A stretch of DNA of 64,000 bases from positions 96,001 to 160,000 of the forward strand of contig JAZDQA010000014.1 of assembly GCA_043797085.1 (NCBI GenBank), in the 5' to 3' direction. The notes under the pieces were generated by a model. It was not told the origin of the DNA. It ran no database searches and saw nothing but the letters and a program-made list of their open reading frames with translations. Within the stretch, counting starts at the first letter, position 1. Each line of letters opens with the position of its first letter. Of this stretch, positions 1 through 11,498 are shown piece by piece. The position numbers were made by a program, and so were the translations under genes. This DNA is from Pseudomonadota bacterium. GTDB taxonomy: Bacteria > Campylobacterota > Campylobacteria > Campylobacterales > Sulfurimonadaceae.

Positions 1-1156
1 CTGCATTTAACTGCAACTGCTCATCGTCTACTTTTTCTTGGTTAATTTTAACAGAGCCTTGCTTAATGTCGCGACGTGCCTGTGATGTAGATGGGGTAAG
101 TGAAGACTCAGTAAGAACTTTTGCTATCCAAACCGGTCCTTCAAATGTATATTCATCCATTTCAGTAGGAATCTCGCTTTGAGCATGAACACGCTGAAAC
201 TCTTCAGCTGCACTCACAGCTTCTGCCATTGTATGAAAACGAGCCGTAATCTCAAGAGCCAACGTCTCTTTTACTTTTTTTGGATGCAAGGAACCATCTG
301 CTACACCCAATTTTAATGCTTCGATTTCACTTAGACTTAGCGTGCTGAGAAGCTCAAAATATCTCCACATCAACGTATCACTGACACTGAGAATCTTGCC
401 ATACATATCGTTAGGGGCATCCGCAACTGCGATGTAATTGCCCAAGCTTTTGGACATTTTAGCAACGCCGTCAAGCCCTTCGAGAATCGGCATCATTAAG
501 ACAGCTTGTTCTTTACCCACTTGATATGCACGTTGCAAATGACGTCCCATCAAAAGATTGAATTTTTGATCCGTTCCGCCGATTTCGATATCGCTTTTGA
601 GGTGAACGCTGTCATAGCCTTGGAGAAGTGGGTATAAAAACTCACTGATGGAGATCGAAATCCCCGCTTTATGGCGTTTGTCAAAATCATCACGCTCTAA
701 CATACGCGCAACATTAAACGTCGTGGTAAGCTCCAGCATTCCGGCAGCTCCCAGCGGATTAATCCAATCCGCATTAAAAACGACGGTGGTTTGTTCAGGA
801 TTGAGAATTTTAAAGACTTGGGTTTTATAACTTTGCGCATTTTCCTCGATTTGAGCCGGAAGCAATTTTTTGCGCGTTTCACTTTTACCCGTCGGATCAC
901 CGATTTGAGCGGTAAAATCACCAATCAAAAATTGAATATGTGCGCCGTATTTTTGAAACGCAGCCAATTTTTGAAGCAAAACCGTATGCCCTAAATGTAA
1001 ATCGGGAGCGGTCGGGTCAAATCCCGCTTTGACGGTATACGTTTCCCCTTTTTCAAAAAAACTTTTTAATAAAACTACGATGCGAGCTTCATCAATAATT
1101 TCAGCTGTTCCTCGTTTAATTTCTTCTAATGCTTCATGTATCTTTTGATCTATCAT
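1..1156 (-). CDS. tyrS: Tyrosine--tRNA ligase (3' end outside window)
   Basis: Manual translation from ATG at 1156: MIDQKIHEALEEIKRG...VKAGFDPTAPDLHLGH (HIGH-like), IGDFTAQIGDP, GGTDQKFN and KMSKS motifs. Confidence 0.95.
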   Translation of the reverse strand, partial: MIDQKIHEALEEIKRGTAEIIDEARIVVLLKSFFEKGETYTVKAGFDPTAPDLHLGHTVLLQKLAAFQKYGAHIQFLIGDFTAQIGDPTGKSETRKKLLPAQIEENAQSYKTQVFKILNPEQTTVVFNADWINPLGAAGMLELTTTFNVARMLERDDFDKRHKAGISISISEFLYPLLQGYDSVHLKSDIEIGGTDQKFNLLMGRHLQRAYQVGKEQAVLMMPILEGLDGVAKMSKSLGNYIAVADAPNDMYGKILSVSDTLMWRYFELLSTLSLSEIEALKLGVADGSLHPKKVKETLALEITARFHTMAEAVSAAEEFQRVHAQSEIPTEMDEYTFEGPVWIAKVLTESSLTPSTSQARRDIKQGSVKINQEKVDDEQLQLNA

Positions 1157-1159
1157 TTT

Positions 1160-3325
1160 TTATCCTTGGCTTCGGTACGCATCATCGGTCCGAAAAAATT
1201 GTATTATTTTCCCTTTTTTATCGAGTTTTGAACGCAGTCGGTTTAAATCCCGTTCTAACGTTTGAAACTCCATTTCACAGTATTGAGTATGCTCTGATTT
1301 TGCTTTTCCCAGTTCTATACTTTCTATATCAGCCCCCATCTTTGCCATATACGTTAATAAATCTGCAAGTGAGCCTTTCGCGTTTGCCATACTGATAATC
1401 AAATGGTATCGGCTAAAATGCTGCTGTTTCCACTGGACAAACACCATTGGCTGATGATCATCAATCATCCCTGCCGCATGTTTGCACATCTTATGATGAA
1501 TATGCGCTTTTCCGTCTTGATAAAATGCAACAATCTCATCTCCTGATTTAGGATGACAGCAATAATCAAAAACTGCATCCGAAATATTTTGGTTGGACAG
1601 TACCTCAATCGAGCTAAAAAGAAAAGGTTTGAGTTTGAAACGATCTCTCGTCCAAAATGCTCCAAAACGGCTGCTTTCTTGCATTGCTTCTTTAATCCGG
1701 TTAAGCACTTCTTTGAAAAAATCAAGCTCACGAGGAATGCGATACCATTGCTCTGAAAGCTCTACTTTTTCTAAAACTTCTGCCACTTTATCCGCAGGCA
1801 AACGAAGAACCGTCGATAAAATATTCACACCGCTGTCATGATCTATTGCCCGTATGCGTCCATTACAATTGGCTCGCATACTTGATTTTGCACGTGAAGT
1901 TTTTACTGCATCGATCCATGTGCAACGGGTGATTTTTTTACTGTCGGATGCGGTAACGATTCTAACCACATCACCGTTATGCAATTCTGTTAAAAGGCTG
2001 GCTTTTTCTTTGTTTATCAAACACCCTTCCGCTTTGTCTCCGACAGCCGTATGAACAGCATAGGCAAAATCAAGCGCCACTGCTCCGCGAGGGAGTGTAA
2101 ACGCTTTTCCTTTAGGTGAAAAGACTGAAATATCATCACTGTAAAGATCATTTTTGATCAATTCATAAAATGCTTCGACTGATTCATTTTGATACTGAAG
2201 ATTATGCAGCCAATCGAGATTTATGGCATTATTCCCGCCGCTTTTATATTTCCAATGTGCAGCAACACCGAGTTCCGCCGTCGCATGCATCTCAATCGTA
2301 CGAATCTGAACCTCGAAAATAGCGCTCTCATCAAAAACCGTCGTATGAAGGGTCTGATAACCGTTCTCTTTTGGGATGGAAATATAGTCTTTAAATCGTG
2401 CGCTCAAAGGCTGAAAATTGAGATGAACCATTCCAAGAACTTTATAACAATCTATGGGGTCTTTGACCAAAATACGAACCGCCAAAAGATCAAGAATCTC
2501 ATCGATACTGATCCCTTTTCGCTGCATTTTAAGATAAATAGAGTAGTGATGCTTTACACGGCTGAGTATCTCGAAATCATCTTGACACATTCCGTTGGAG
2601 AGTAAAATCTGTGTTAATTTTTCACAAAACTCACCGAGTCTTTCGTTGATAGAACGAAAATTTTCTTCCAAATAACTCTCGATAGCCAGCTTGTCTTCGG
2701 TAAAAAGATATTTAAAACTCAAATCTTCCAAAAGATTTTTTAGAAAAGAGATCCCCAGACGGTGAGCGATCGGAGCATAAACGACCAATGTTTCTTCTGC
2801 GATACGATGCTGTTTAGCAGGTGTCAGAGCATCAAGCGTGAGCATATTGTGAAGTCTGTCACACAGCTTAACGACCAATACACGAACGTCTTCGATGGAG
2901 GCAAGAAGCATCTTGCGAAAGGTTAAAGCAGAAACGACCAGTTTTTGATCGGAGTGAGAGGGGATAAGTTCCGCATCACGAATCATATCGATTTTTGTCA
3001 ATCCCTCCACTAAATGGGCGACATCTGATCCGTAATCAAAGCCAATTTCTTCAATCGTAATGATCGTATCTTCCACGACATCATGCAATAACGCTGCAAT
3101 CACCATCGCTTCATCACCGGTAAGCTCAGCAACGATACTTGCAACTAATATAGGATGAACGATGTAAGGCTCGCCGCTTTTACGGCATTGACCATCATGG
3201 GCATCAGAAGCTAAAGTAAAGGCTTGTTCAAGAAGGGGTGACGAAGTAATACGAGCACGAAGATATGCAATTGCACTCTCCGCATCATTGATTTTTTTGA
3301 TGCTTTCAATATCTATCTGGCTCAA
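1160..3325 (-). CDS. spoT: Bifunctional (p)ppGpp synthetase/hydrolase RelA/SpoT
   Basis: HD domain (RKSGEPYIVHP, LHDVVED), synthetase motifs (KENGYQTLHT, EVQIRT), TGS (DFAYAVHT), C-terminal CC/ACT; follows rpoZ. Confidence 0.95.
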   Translation of the reverse strand: MSQIDIESIKKINDAESAIAYLRARITSSPLLEQAFTLASDAHDGQCRKSGEPYIVHPILVASIVAELTGDEAMVIAALLHDVVEDTIITIEEIGFDYGSDVAHLVEGLTKIDMIRDAELIPSHSDQKLVVSALTFRKMLLASIEDVRVLVVKLCDRLHNMLTLDALTPAKQHRIAEETLVVYAPIAHRLGISFLKNLLEDLSFKYLFTEDKLAIESYLEENFRSINERLGEFCEKLTQILLSNGMCQDDFEILSRVKHHYSIYLKMQRKGISIDEILDLLAVRILVKDPIDCYKVLGMVHLNFQPLSARFKDYISIPKENGYQTLHTTVFDESAIFEVQIRTIEMHATAELGVAAHWKYKSGGNNAINLDWLHNLQYQNESVEAFYELIKNDLYSDDISVFSPKGKAFTLPRGAVALDFAYAVHTAVGDKAEGCLINKEKASLLTELHNGDVVRIVTASDSKKITRCTWIDAVKTSRAKSSMRANCNGRIRAIDHDSGVNILSTVLRLPADKVAEVLEKVELSEQWYRIPRELDFFKEVLNRIKEAMQESSRFGAFWTRDRFKLKPFLFSSIEVLSNQNISDAVFDYCCHPKSGDEIVAFYQDGKAHIHHKMCKHAAGMIDDHQPMVFVQWKQQHFSRYHLIISMANAKGSLADLLTYMAKMGADIESIELGKAKSEHTQYCEMEFQTLERDLNRLRSKLDKKGKIIQFFRTDDAYRSQG

Positions 3326-3346
3326 TAATGCGGCTTTGTGAGGAAA

Positions 3347-3562
3347 TTACGCTTTGTCTACGAAACCTTTGATGGTAATGTGCCCTTCAGCAATTTCCAT
3401 CAAAGCAACATCCGCAGCTTTTGCTTTTTTCAAATCAACATTAAGCTTTGTTGATGCACCGTTTTGAAGTTGCTCTGAGCGCTTTGCTACGGCTAATGCC
3501 AACTGATAACGGTCAATGTTTGCAGTCTCTAGTGCTTTTGCAGTTAATTGTTCAAGTCTCAT
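3347..3562 (-). CDS. rpoZ: RNA polymerase omega subunit
   Basis: MRLEQL...DRYQLALAVAKRSEQL...ALMEIAEG; start trimmed to ATG at 3562; lies between pyrH and spoT. Confidence 0.9.
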   Translation of the reverse strand: MRLEQLTAKALETANIDRYQLALAVAKRSEQLQNGASTKLNVDLKKAKAADVALMEIAEGHITIKGFVDKA

Positions 3563-3579
3563 TAAATTTCCTTTTAGGT

Positions 3580-4299
<720 letters not shown>

Positions 4300-4383
4300 T
4301 CATCATTATTGTAGGTATTGTACTTTATTGTCGCTTTAAGGTTGCTTTGACTAAGATTTGATTTTATCGGGCAAAGGAAATAC

Positions 4384-5703
4384 GTGAACTTTTTGACCTT
4401 TTTTGAGAAATGGTGGAGTCATGTCAAACCATTAACACCTCCACATTACGGCAGAAGTATTCACGCCCTTCCCAATCCAAAAGAACAAGAACTTTTTGAT
4501 TTATCCGCAATCGCATTTAGCGCAAATGACGTACTGCTGGGATATCGCACATTTTTAGAATCACTGCAACACTCTGATGATTCAAAACACTTGGAAATCA
4601 TGAAAAGCGCCAACGTAATTACGTTTAAGCTCATGCAAGGAAGCGCGATTATTCATGGTGAGGTAACCGAAAAAACATTTAAAGCGTATGCCAAAATCGC
4701 CAGGGCATCATCCCTTCATGTTGCCATGAAAAGACGATTTTTGGAACGTAATTTTCAGCTCACGTATTGTCGTTTCAATCAAAAGGATGACACGCTCTCT
4801 TTAAATCTTGAGATACACAATACCACGATCACCCCGCAAAAAATCTTTTTCCCTTTGCGAGAACTTGCCCTTAATGCTGATTTCGAAAAAGAGTTTATTT
4901 CCAGTGAATTTGATGTATCAGCACTGCTTGAATATGACCATATCACCCCTCTTAGCCTCCCTAAACTTCATCGATATTACAACACCATGCACAAATGGAT
5001 ATCAACAACCAAATCAAGTTTAGTCGGATTGCTTTCCAACGACAACAGCGGTATGGCATCCTTTAGCTATCTTGCACTGTTACTGCAAATCGATTATCTC
5101 CTCATTCCCCATAAAAAAATGGCAAAAGAGATCAATGAAAAAATCAATACCTATTTCATGGAGGATGAAAAACTAACTCAGGATAAAAACAGCGATTTGG
5201 AGAGCTATCTGGATGAACTTGAAACCATGAGCTTTGAGACATTTTCCACACAGTTCTACAGTGCCCCGACAACTTTTTCACCCTTTGATCAAGCAATGCA
5301 CGATGATATTGCGGAATTTATTGACGAATCGTTAGCCAAAGTGCGCTGGTACAAAAACAACCATGTCAATTACGTTATTACCACGATTTACCGCTATATT
5401 GCTCTGTACATTCTCTTCAACTACGGCGTCCATCCCTCTCTTCGCGCATTACTGCATCTGCACGTTCAAATCTATGCTTCGGATTTTTTCGCCGACGAGG
5501 GTGAAATTATCCTCTATGACAGCTCACGAAAACTCTTTCAAAAAGAATCCATTTCAAATGCCATTGATGCGGCACTGTCACCTTATCAAAATCGTTACAA
5601 AAATCTTCATAACTTTGCAAAAAAACTTAATTACAGCGATCTTGATCACTTCAGCCAAAGCTTCTATCTCCAAATCAAAAATCTTGATTATCAGGAACTT
5701 TAG
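4384..5703 (+). CDS. Hypothetical protein, possible YbjN/T3SS-chaperone-like domain followed by a helical region
   Basis: 439-aa ORF, GTG start with AAGGA upstream; segment KRRFLERNFQLTYCRF resembles the YbjN-fold LL-x-x-N-x4-RF pattern; 3 nt from the next gene. Confidence 0.6.
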   Translation: MNFLTFFEKWWSHVKPLTPPHYGRSIHALPNPKEQELFDLSAIAFSANDVLLGYRTFLESLQHSDDSKHLEIMKSANVITFKLMQGSAIIHGEVTEKTFKAYAKIARASSLHVAMKRRFLERNFQLTYCRFNQKDDTLSLNLEIHNTTITPQKIFFPLRELALNADFEKEFISSEFDVSALLEYDHITPLSLPKLHRYYNTMHKWISTTKSSLVGLLSNDNSGMASFSYLALLLQIDYLLIPHKKMAKEINEKINTYFMEDEKLTQDKNSDLESYLDELETMSFETFSTQFYSAPTTFSPFDQAMHDDIAEFIDESLAKVRWYKNNHVNYVITTIYRYIALYILFNYGVHPSLRALLHLHVQIYASDFFADEGEIILYDSSRKLFQKESISNAIDAALSPYQNRYKNLHNFAKKLNYSDLDHFSQSFYLQIKNLDYQEL

Positions 5704-5706
5704 AAA

Positions 5707-6804
5707 ATGAAACAGCTCACCCAAAAAACACTGGAAACATCCATCGAAAGCATCGTACAAATCATGACTCCCTACGCAACGGGCAGCGGTTTTATCATCG
5801 GTGATTTAATTATTACCAATTCTCACGTTGTCGGGGGTTTGAAAGAGGTGATTATTAGTACGAAAACGATTCCTCGTACCATTGGTGAAGTTATTTATGA
5901 TGATGCGGGATATGATTTGGCATTTATTCGATCGCCTGTACCATTGCTTCCCAATCATCCATTAACCCTTTGCACCGGCTCCATTAACGATGGGGATACG
6001 GTTATCGCTATCGGTCATCCTTATGGTCTTAATTACTCCACCACCGAGGGAATTATCTCCAAAGCGATACGGTTGCAAGGAGAGACAGAATACATCCAAT
6101 TCGACGCCGCCATCAATCCCGGAAACAGCGGAGGACCCTTACTGAGTGAATCGGGTGAAGTCATAGGGGTCAACACTTTTATCATTCAAAACTCGAACAA
6201 TCTAGGCTTTGCCCTCCCCTATTATCTCCTACAAGAAGCATTAGATGGATTTTTAGCCCTTGCTGCTATCGATATTATTCGTTGTGTATCGTGTAAAAAT
6301 TTAATCCTTGAATCCTCAATACAAAATGATTATTGCCCAAAATGCGGTATTAAACTCGATGTTGCCAAGCGCCGACGAGAAGGGTACAAACCATCGGGAG
6401 TTGTTGCATTACTCGAAAAGATACTGGGGAAACTGGGGATTAATGTCACGCTCTCAAGACGCAGTCAAAGAAGTTGGAGATTTGAGTCAGGAACCTCCCG
6501 TTTTGACATCAATTATTACGATAATGGGGTCATCATTGCAGAGTGTGAAGTGTGTCGAATACCACAAGAAAATATTGAACGTTTGTACGATTTTTTACTA
6601 AGTGAGAACGGTAATTTAGAAAACTTACGCCTAGCAATCGATCAAAACAGTATTTATCTCTCCTATGTTATTATCGATACTTCCCTAACACAAGAAGAAG
6701 GGGAGCACACCCTAGAAACACTTTACAATCTCGCTCCGGAATATCAAAAAAATCTTATTAATAATTTCAAAGCACTGGAACCGAAGTTTGATGAGTTTGA
6801 ATAA
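5707..6804 (+). CDS. Trypsin-like (S1C) serine protease with Zn-ribbon and C-terminal YbjN-like domain
   Basis: GSGF, TNSHVV (His), YDLAFI (Asp), AINPGNSGGP (Ser); CVSC...CPKC; LYDFLLSENGNL-type C-terminal domain; no signal peptide and no PDZ. Confidence 0.8.
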   Translation: MKQLTQKTLETSIESIVQIMTPYATGSGFIIGDLIITNSHVVGGLKEVIISTKTIPRTIGEVIYDDAGYDLAFIRSPVPLLPNHPLTLCTGSINDGDTVIAIGHPYGLNYSTTEGIISKAIRLQGETEYIQFDAAINPGNSGGPLLSESGEVIGVNTFIIQNSNNLGFALPYYLLQEALDGFLALAAIDIIRCVSCKNLILESSIQNDYCPKCGIKLDVAKRRREGYKPSGVVALLEKILGKLGINVTLSRRSQRSWRFESGTSRFDINYYDNGVIIAECEVCRIPQENIERLYDFLLSENGNLENLRLAIDQNSIYLSYVIIDTSLTQEEGEHTLETLYNLAPEYQKNLINNFKALEPKFDEFE

Positions 6805-7387
6805 GCCGTGAAACGTTCTCTTTTTGTGGAAAGTCCGCTCCCATACTGATGATGAATGACGATGCTTCTTGAAGGGAAAGTGTCGTTTTTTTAATCATTA
6901 CTTCATCTACCAAAACGGTATAACCACTCGTAGGATTCGGAGAGGTCGGGATAAATAGGACACAAATATTTTCGTGTCGGTTGAGCAAGTAGGCGGGAAC
7001 CCACAACCCTTCTTTTGGATATTCGACCAAAACCACCTCTTTTTTCGTCCCGTCTTCACCTCCGGATAACATTGCTGCAAGTTTTTTTGAAACTGAATAA
7101 ACTGAACGGATCGCAGGGATTTTTTCAAAAGTACTGTCAATCATTGAAACAAATATTGAACGTCCATATTTTTCAATCGAAAATCCAAGTAAAGCAAAAA
7201 CAGCAATCACTCCCGCCATAAGAGTCATTGTTATTCCAAAAGAATTCGTATAATCGTGCAAAGAAAAATATGCGCTAACTCCCAAATTTCTCAAATAATT
7301 CACAACGGTCAACACTAAGATAAGAGGGAATAATGACAATGCACCCACAAAAATATACCGAAATAACAACTTGGCTTTTGAGCCCAT
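6767..7387 (-). CDS. DUF502 family membrane protein
   Basis: Two TM segments, KIPAIRSVY, VVLVEYP, FIPTSPNPTSG; start trimmed to ATG 7387 with AAAGGA upstream. Confidence 0.85.
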   Translation of the reverse strand: MGSKAKLLFRYIFVGALSLFPLILVLTVVNYLRNLGVSAYFSLHDYTNSFGITMTLMAGVIAVFALLGFSIEKYGRSIFVSMIDSTFEKIPAIRSVYSVSKKLAAMLSGGEDGTKKEVVLVEYPKEGLWVPAYLLNRHENICVLFIPTSPNPTSGYTVLVDEVMIKKTTLSLQEASSFIISMGADFPQKENVSRLIQTHQTSVPVL

Positions 7388-7472
7388 AAACGTCCTTTTA
7401 TGACAAATTGTCATATTATAGAATACTTTTTGAAACACTTTACTACAATAACATATATTTACAGGAGAACCT

Positions 7473-9428
7473 ATGCAACCTTTTACAGATTTTAGCCTTA
7501 ATTTAGAGACTTTTATTGATGATTTAAACATACTCATCGAAAAAAACCACACTACCATCGCCAACTTACTGGATATTCACGATAAAACCTACACCGATTT
7601 TGTCCGCCCCTTTGATTTTATGGAAGAAGAGATGGAGCTTTTATTTACGCCTCTTTCACATATCAATGCTGTCAACAATAGTGAAGAATCTCAAAAAGTA
7701 TATGCGGATGCGCTCCCGATTCTTACCGATTACTCGACCTTTGTAGGGCAAAATCTCGCTATTTATGATGCTTTCAAAGAAGTTAAAAAAAATGAATACA
7801 GCACTTTAAATCGTGCTCAACAACGAATTCTTGATCTTAATATTCTCCATTTTGAACTCGCCGGAGCCCATCTTGACGACACTTCAAAAGAGCGTTTAGC
7901 ACAAATCAATCTTCGCAAAAGCACACTCACCAATGACTTTTCCCAAAATGTTTTGGATGCTACCAATGCGTATGAAAAAATCATCACAGATCCCGCTGAT
8001 ATTATTGGAATTCCACAGGGAGATTTAGACGATGCCCGTTTCGAGGAAGAGGGAGTTATAAAATATCGTTTCACTCTCCAAATGCCTTCGTATATCTCGT
8101 ATATGACCTATGGACAAAATCGTACCATACGAGAAGAACTCTACAAGGCATATACGACAAGAGCACCTCAAAACGGTGAAATTATTGATGAATTGATGGC
8201 ACTTCGTCAAGAGATGGCACAACTTTTAGGCTTTGAAAGCTATGCTCAGTATTCACTTGCTTCCAAAATGGCACCCGATACCCAAAGTGTTTTAAGATTT
8301 TTAAACGACCTTGCCCTCACCTCTCGTGCCCAAGCAGAGAAAGAAATCATGGAATTACGCTCTATTGCAGGAGATATTGACCTCCAAAGCTATGACACCG
8401 CCTATTACGGCGAAATCCTCAAAAAAGCACAATACGACATTGATGAGGAAGAATATCGACCTTATTTTGAACAAAACAGTGTTATAAGCGGGATGTTTGA
8501 TTTTTTACACCAGATATTCGGGATTTCATTTGTACACGTCCAAGCACCCCTTTGGGACGAAAAAGCGAGTGCTTATGATGTCTATGATAATAACATACTG
8601 CGTGCACGAATCTATTTCGACCTCGAAGCTCGTAAGAATAAACGCGGTGGAGCATGGATGCACAATTTTCAAACCCATTGTGAAGATATCGAAGGTATGA
8701 TCCATCTTCCCAGCGCCTTTGTCGTTTGCAACTTTCCTCCCTCATCCCCTACGTCTCCCTCACTTTTGCGTCATGATGATGTTGTCACCCTCTTTCATGA
8801 GATGGGACACACGCTTCACCACATTTTAAGCTCTGTTCGAGAACATGGTGTCAGTGGGGTTAATGGCGTAGAATGGGATGCCGTCGAATTTCCTTCACAA
8901 TTTTTAGAAAGTTTTGCGTATGAACCTAAAGTCCTCAAACTTTTTGCTAAACACCATAAAAGCGGTGAGATTCTTAGTGATGAGATGATTGCTAAGCTTA
9001 TTCGTGCAAAAAACTTCCAAAGTGCTCTATTTATGCTTCGACAGCTTGAATTTTCTCTCTTTGATTTTGAGCTTCACTCGAAATTGTATCAAGGGGATGA
9101 AATTCAAATTCTTCTTGATTCCATTCGAGAACGGACTTCACTTATCAAACCACCTGCTTACAATAAATTTCAAAACGGATTTAGTCATATTTTTAGCGGT
9201 GGGTACAGTGCAGGATATTACAGTTACAAATGGGCAGAAGTGCTAAGTGCAGATGCCTATTATGCTATTGTGGATGAAGGTATTTTCGATTCCGTTCTTG
9301 CGCAGCGGTATAAAGATATTGTACTGGGAGGCGGCGGATCTCAAAGTATGCAAGAACTTTTTGTGGAGATGATGGGACGCGAATGTGAAACAAAAAATCT
9401 CTTGCGTCTTAATGGCATAGAAGTATGA
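7473..9428 (+). CDS. prlC: M3 family oligopeptidase A
   Basis: HEMGH zinc motif, KRGGAWM, VEWDAVEFPSQFLE, HIFSGGYSAGYYSYKWAEVL. Confidence 0.92.
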   Translation: MQPFTDFSLNLETFIDDLNILIEKNHTTIANLLDIHDKTYTDFVRPFDFMEEEMELLFTPLSHINAVNNSEESQKVYADALPILTDYSTFVGQNLAIYDAFKEVKKNEYSTLNRAQQRILDLNILHFELAGAHLDDTSKERLAQINLRKSTLTNDFSQNVLDATNAYEKIITDPADIIGIPQGDLDDARFEEEGVIKYRFTLQMPSYISYMTYGQNRTIREELYKAYTTRAPQNGEIIDELMALRQEMAQLLGFESYAQYSLASKMAPDTQSVLRFLNDLALTSRAQAEKEIMELRSIAGDIDLQSYDTAYYGEILKKAQYDIDEEEYRPYFEQNSVISGMFDFLHQIFGISFVHVQAPLWDEKASAYDVYDNNILRARIYFDLEARKNKRGGAWMHNFQTHCEDIEGMIHLPSAFVVCNFPPSSPTSPSLLRHDDVVTLFHEMGHTLHHILSSVREHGVSGVNGVEWDAVEFPSQFLESFAYEPKVLKLFAKHHKSGEILSDEMIAKLIRAKNFQSALFMLRQLEFSLFDFELHSKLYQGDEIQILLDSIRERTSLIKPPAYNKFQNGFSHIFSGGYSAGYYSYKWAEVLSADAYYAIVDEGIFDSVLAQRYKDIVLGGGGSQSMQELFVEMMGRECETKNLLRLNGIEV

Positions 9429-10435
9429 AATTTTTTTGGCTAGTATTCATTACATTGACATTTTTAGAAGGAGCAGAAGTGAAAATAGCCTCTTATAACG
9501 TTGAAAACTTGTTTGATATGAATGATGATGGTACAGAATATGAACAGTACATACCCAATACCTCGTGGGGATGGAATGAGGAGATGCATCGGATAAAACT
9601 TCGCAACACCGCGCAAGTCATCAAAGATTTGGGTGCTGATGTCATCGGACTGCAAGAAATTGAGTCCGAAACCGCTCTCAAAGAGCTCAAAGCCGAGCTC
9701 AACCGTCAAGGGATTTATTATCCTTATTATGCTTTTGCACGCTCTAAAAACACTACAGTAGCTACCGCCCTTTTGAGCAAATACCCCCTTAAAAGTGCGC
9801 TAAGCCATTCAGTAAGCTCAAACCGTAAATATCGTGATATATTGGAAGCAAAAATTGATATTAACGGTAAAAATCTACACATTTTTGTTAATCATTGGAA
9901 ATCCAAAAGCGGTTCTGAGAGTATGCGTATTCAAAGTGCAAAAGTACTCAAAAAACGTATCAGCAACTTGGATGAAAATGAACCGTATATACTCTTGGGA
10001 GATTTTAACTCTCACTATGAAGAGTATCGAACGTTTGTAAAAAGCAGAAAGCATAATGACACGGATGGGATCACAGGGATTAATCATATCCTTAAGACCA
10101 TCGATGAGGATGACAATCCTATTACTATCACAAGTGTCAAAGAGTGTGATGACTGCTCCTACAATCTATGGTATGAACTCCCACAAGAGCAACGGTGGAG
10201 TCATGAGTACAGAGGGGGACATGAGGCGCTGGATAATATGATTATTTCCCCCTCGCTTGCAGATGGAAAAGGAGTTGAATATGTCCGAGGGAGTTTTGGA
10301 CGATTTGATGCTCCTTATCTTTTCTACAAAGGAAAACCTTATCGCTGGCAACAATCACGAAAATTTCCTAAGCACCATCTAGGCGAAGGGTATTCCGACC
10401 ACTTGGCTATTTTTGCAAAATTTAACGTACGTTAA
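9425..10435 (+). CDS. Exported endonuclease/exonuclease/phosphatase family protein
   Basis: Signal-like N-terminus, SYNVENLFD, GLQEIE, NHWKSK, GDFN, YSDH motifs. Confidence 0.88.
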   Translation: MKFFWLVFITLTFLEGAEVKIASYNVENLFDMNDDGTEYEQYIPNTSWGWNEEMHRIKLRNTAQVIKDLGADVIGLQEIESETALKELKAELNRQGIYYPYYAFARSKNTTVATALLSKYPLKSALSHSVSSNRKYRDILEAKIDINGKNLHIFVNHWKSKSGSESMRIQSAKVLKKRISNLDENEPYILLGDFNSHYEEYRTFVKSRKHNDTDGITGINHILKTIDEDDNPITITSVKECDDCSYNLWYELPQEQRWSHEYRGGHEALDNMIISPSLADGKGVEYVRGSFGRFDAPYLFYKGKPYRWQQSRKFPKHHLGEGYSDHLAIFAKFNVR

Positions 10436-11109
10436 ACGATGCACCAGTCAATCGGAGCAATCCCATGCTCCCGTAAATAGGTATTGGTTTTACTAAAAGG
10501 TTTCGAACCGAAAAACCCTCGATAAGAGGAGAGCGGTGAGGGATGCGGAGCTTTTAAAACCAAATGCTTTGTCTCATCAATCAAAATACTTTTTTTCCCC
10601 GCAGGAGCACCCCAGAGGATAAATACGAGATGTTCTCGCTGTTGGCTCAATGTTCGAATGACTTGATCGGTGAACCTCTCCCATCCTCTATCTTTGTGAG
10701 AAAAGGGTTCTCCTTGGCGAACTGTTAAAAGGGTGTTAAGGAGCAGGACACCCTGATGTGCCCAATGACTCAAATCACCGCTTTTTGGGAAAGGACAGCC
10801 GATGTCATCCACTAATTCTTTAAAGATATTTTGGAGGGAGGGTGGAGAAGCGACTCCTGCTTGAACTGAAAAAGACAACCCATGTGCTTGCCCTGCCCCG
10901 TGATAAGGATCTTGACCTAAAATAATGACTTTCACCGATTCAAAAGGGGAAGAGTTGAACGCATTAAAAATATTTTTACTCTGTGGAAAAATAGTATAAC
11001 TCTTTTTTTCTTCCACCAAAAAAGCTTTTAATGCTTCCATGTAAGCGTCGTTAAATTCGTTTTCTAATGCGTCTTTCCAGCTTTCATGAATACTAGGGTG
11101 TGTTGTCAT
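10432..11109 (-). CDS. ung: Uracil-DNA glycosylase (family 1)
   Basis: GQDPYH, GVLLLN and HPSPLS motifs. Confidence 0.96.
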   Translation of the reverse strand: MTTHPSIHESWKDALENEFNDAYMEALKAFLVEEKKSYTIFPQSKNIFNAFNSSPFESVKVIILGQDPYHGAGQAHGLSFSVQAGVASPPSLQNIFKELVDDIGCPFPKSGDLSHWAHQGVLLLNTLLTVRQGEPFSHKDRGWERFTDQVIRTLSQQREHLVFILWGAPAGKKSILIDETKHLVLKAPHPSPLSSYRGFFGSKPFSKTNTYLREHGIAPIDWCIV

Positions 11110-11495
11110 TATTTAAGAATATCATCCTCAAAAATTACCATTTCATAAATACTGCGCGTCGTCACCAATGATTTTTCAAGAGGAACACCGCTAGAGTTTC
11201 GCATACGTGAGATTTCTGAACGCAACTCGATCATCTCCTGCTCCATCATCTCCATTTTACTTTTCAGACGCATTACGACATCCACACCAGCGAGATTGAC
11301 TCCTACTTCACGGGTAAGTCGCAAAATGGTTTTAATTTTCTCAATATCACGCTGAGAATAAAGACGTATTCGTCCATCCGAGCGTGAAGGAGCTATAAGG
11401 TTTTCTCTCTCATATTGGCGTAGCGTCTGAGGATGAATATCCAAAATTTTTGCCACGATACTAATCATGTATACCGGTTCATCAAAATGGTGCAT
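11109..11495 (-). CDS. hspR: Heat-shock repressor HspR (MerR family)
   Basis: EPVYMISIVAKILDIHPQTLRQYER, RLYSQRD, GVNLAGV; directly downstream of cbpA. Confidence 0.93.
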   Translation of the reverse strand: MHHFDEPVYMISIVAKILDIHPQTLRQYERENLIAPSRSDGRIRLYSQRDIEKIKTILRLTREVGVNLAGVDVVMRLKSKMEMMEQEMIELRSEISRMRNSSGVPLEKSLVTTRSIYEMVIFEDDILK

Positions 11496-11498
11496 AAT

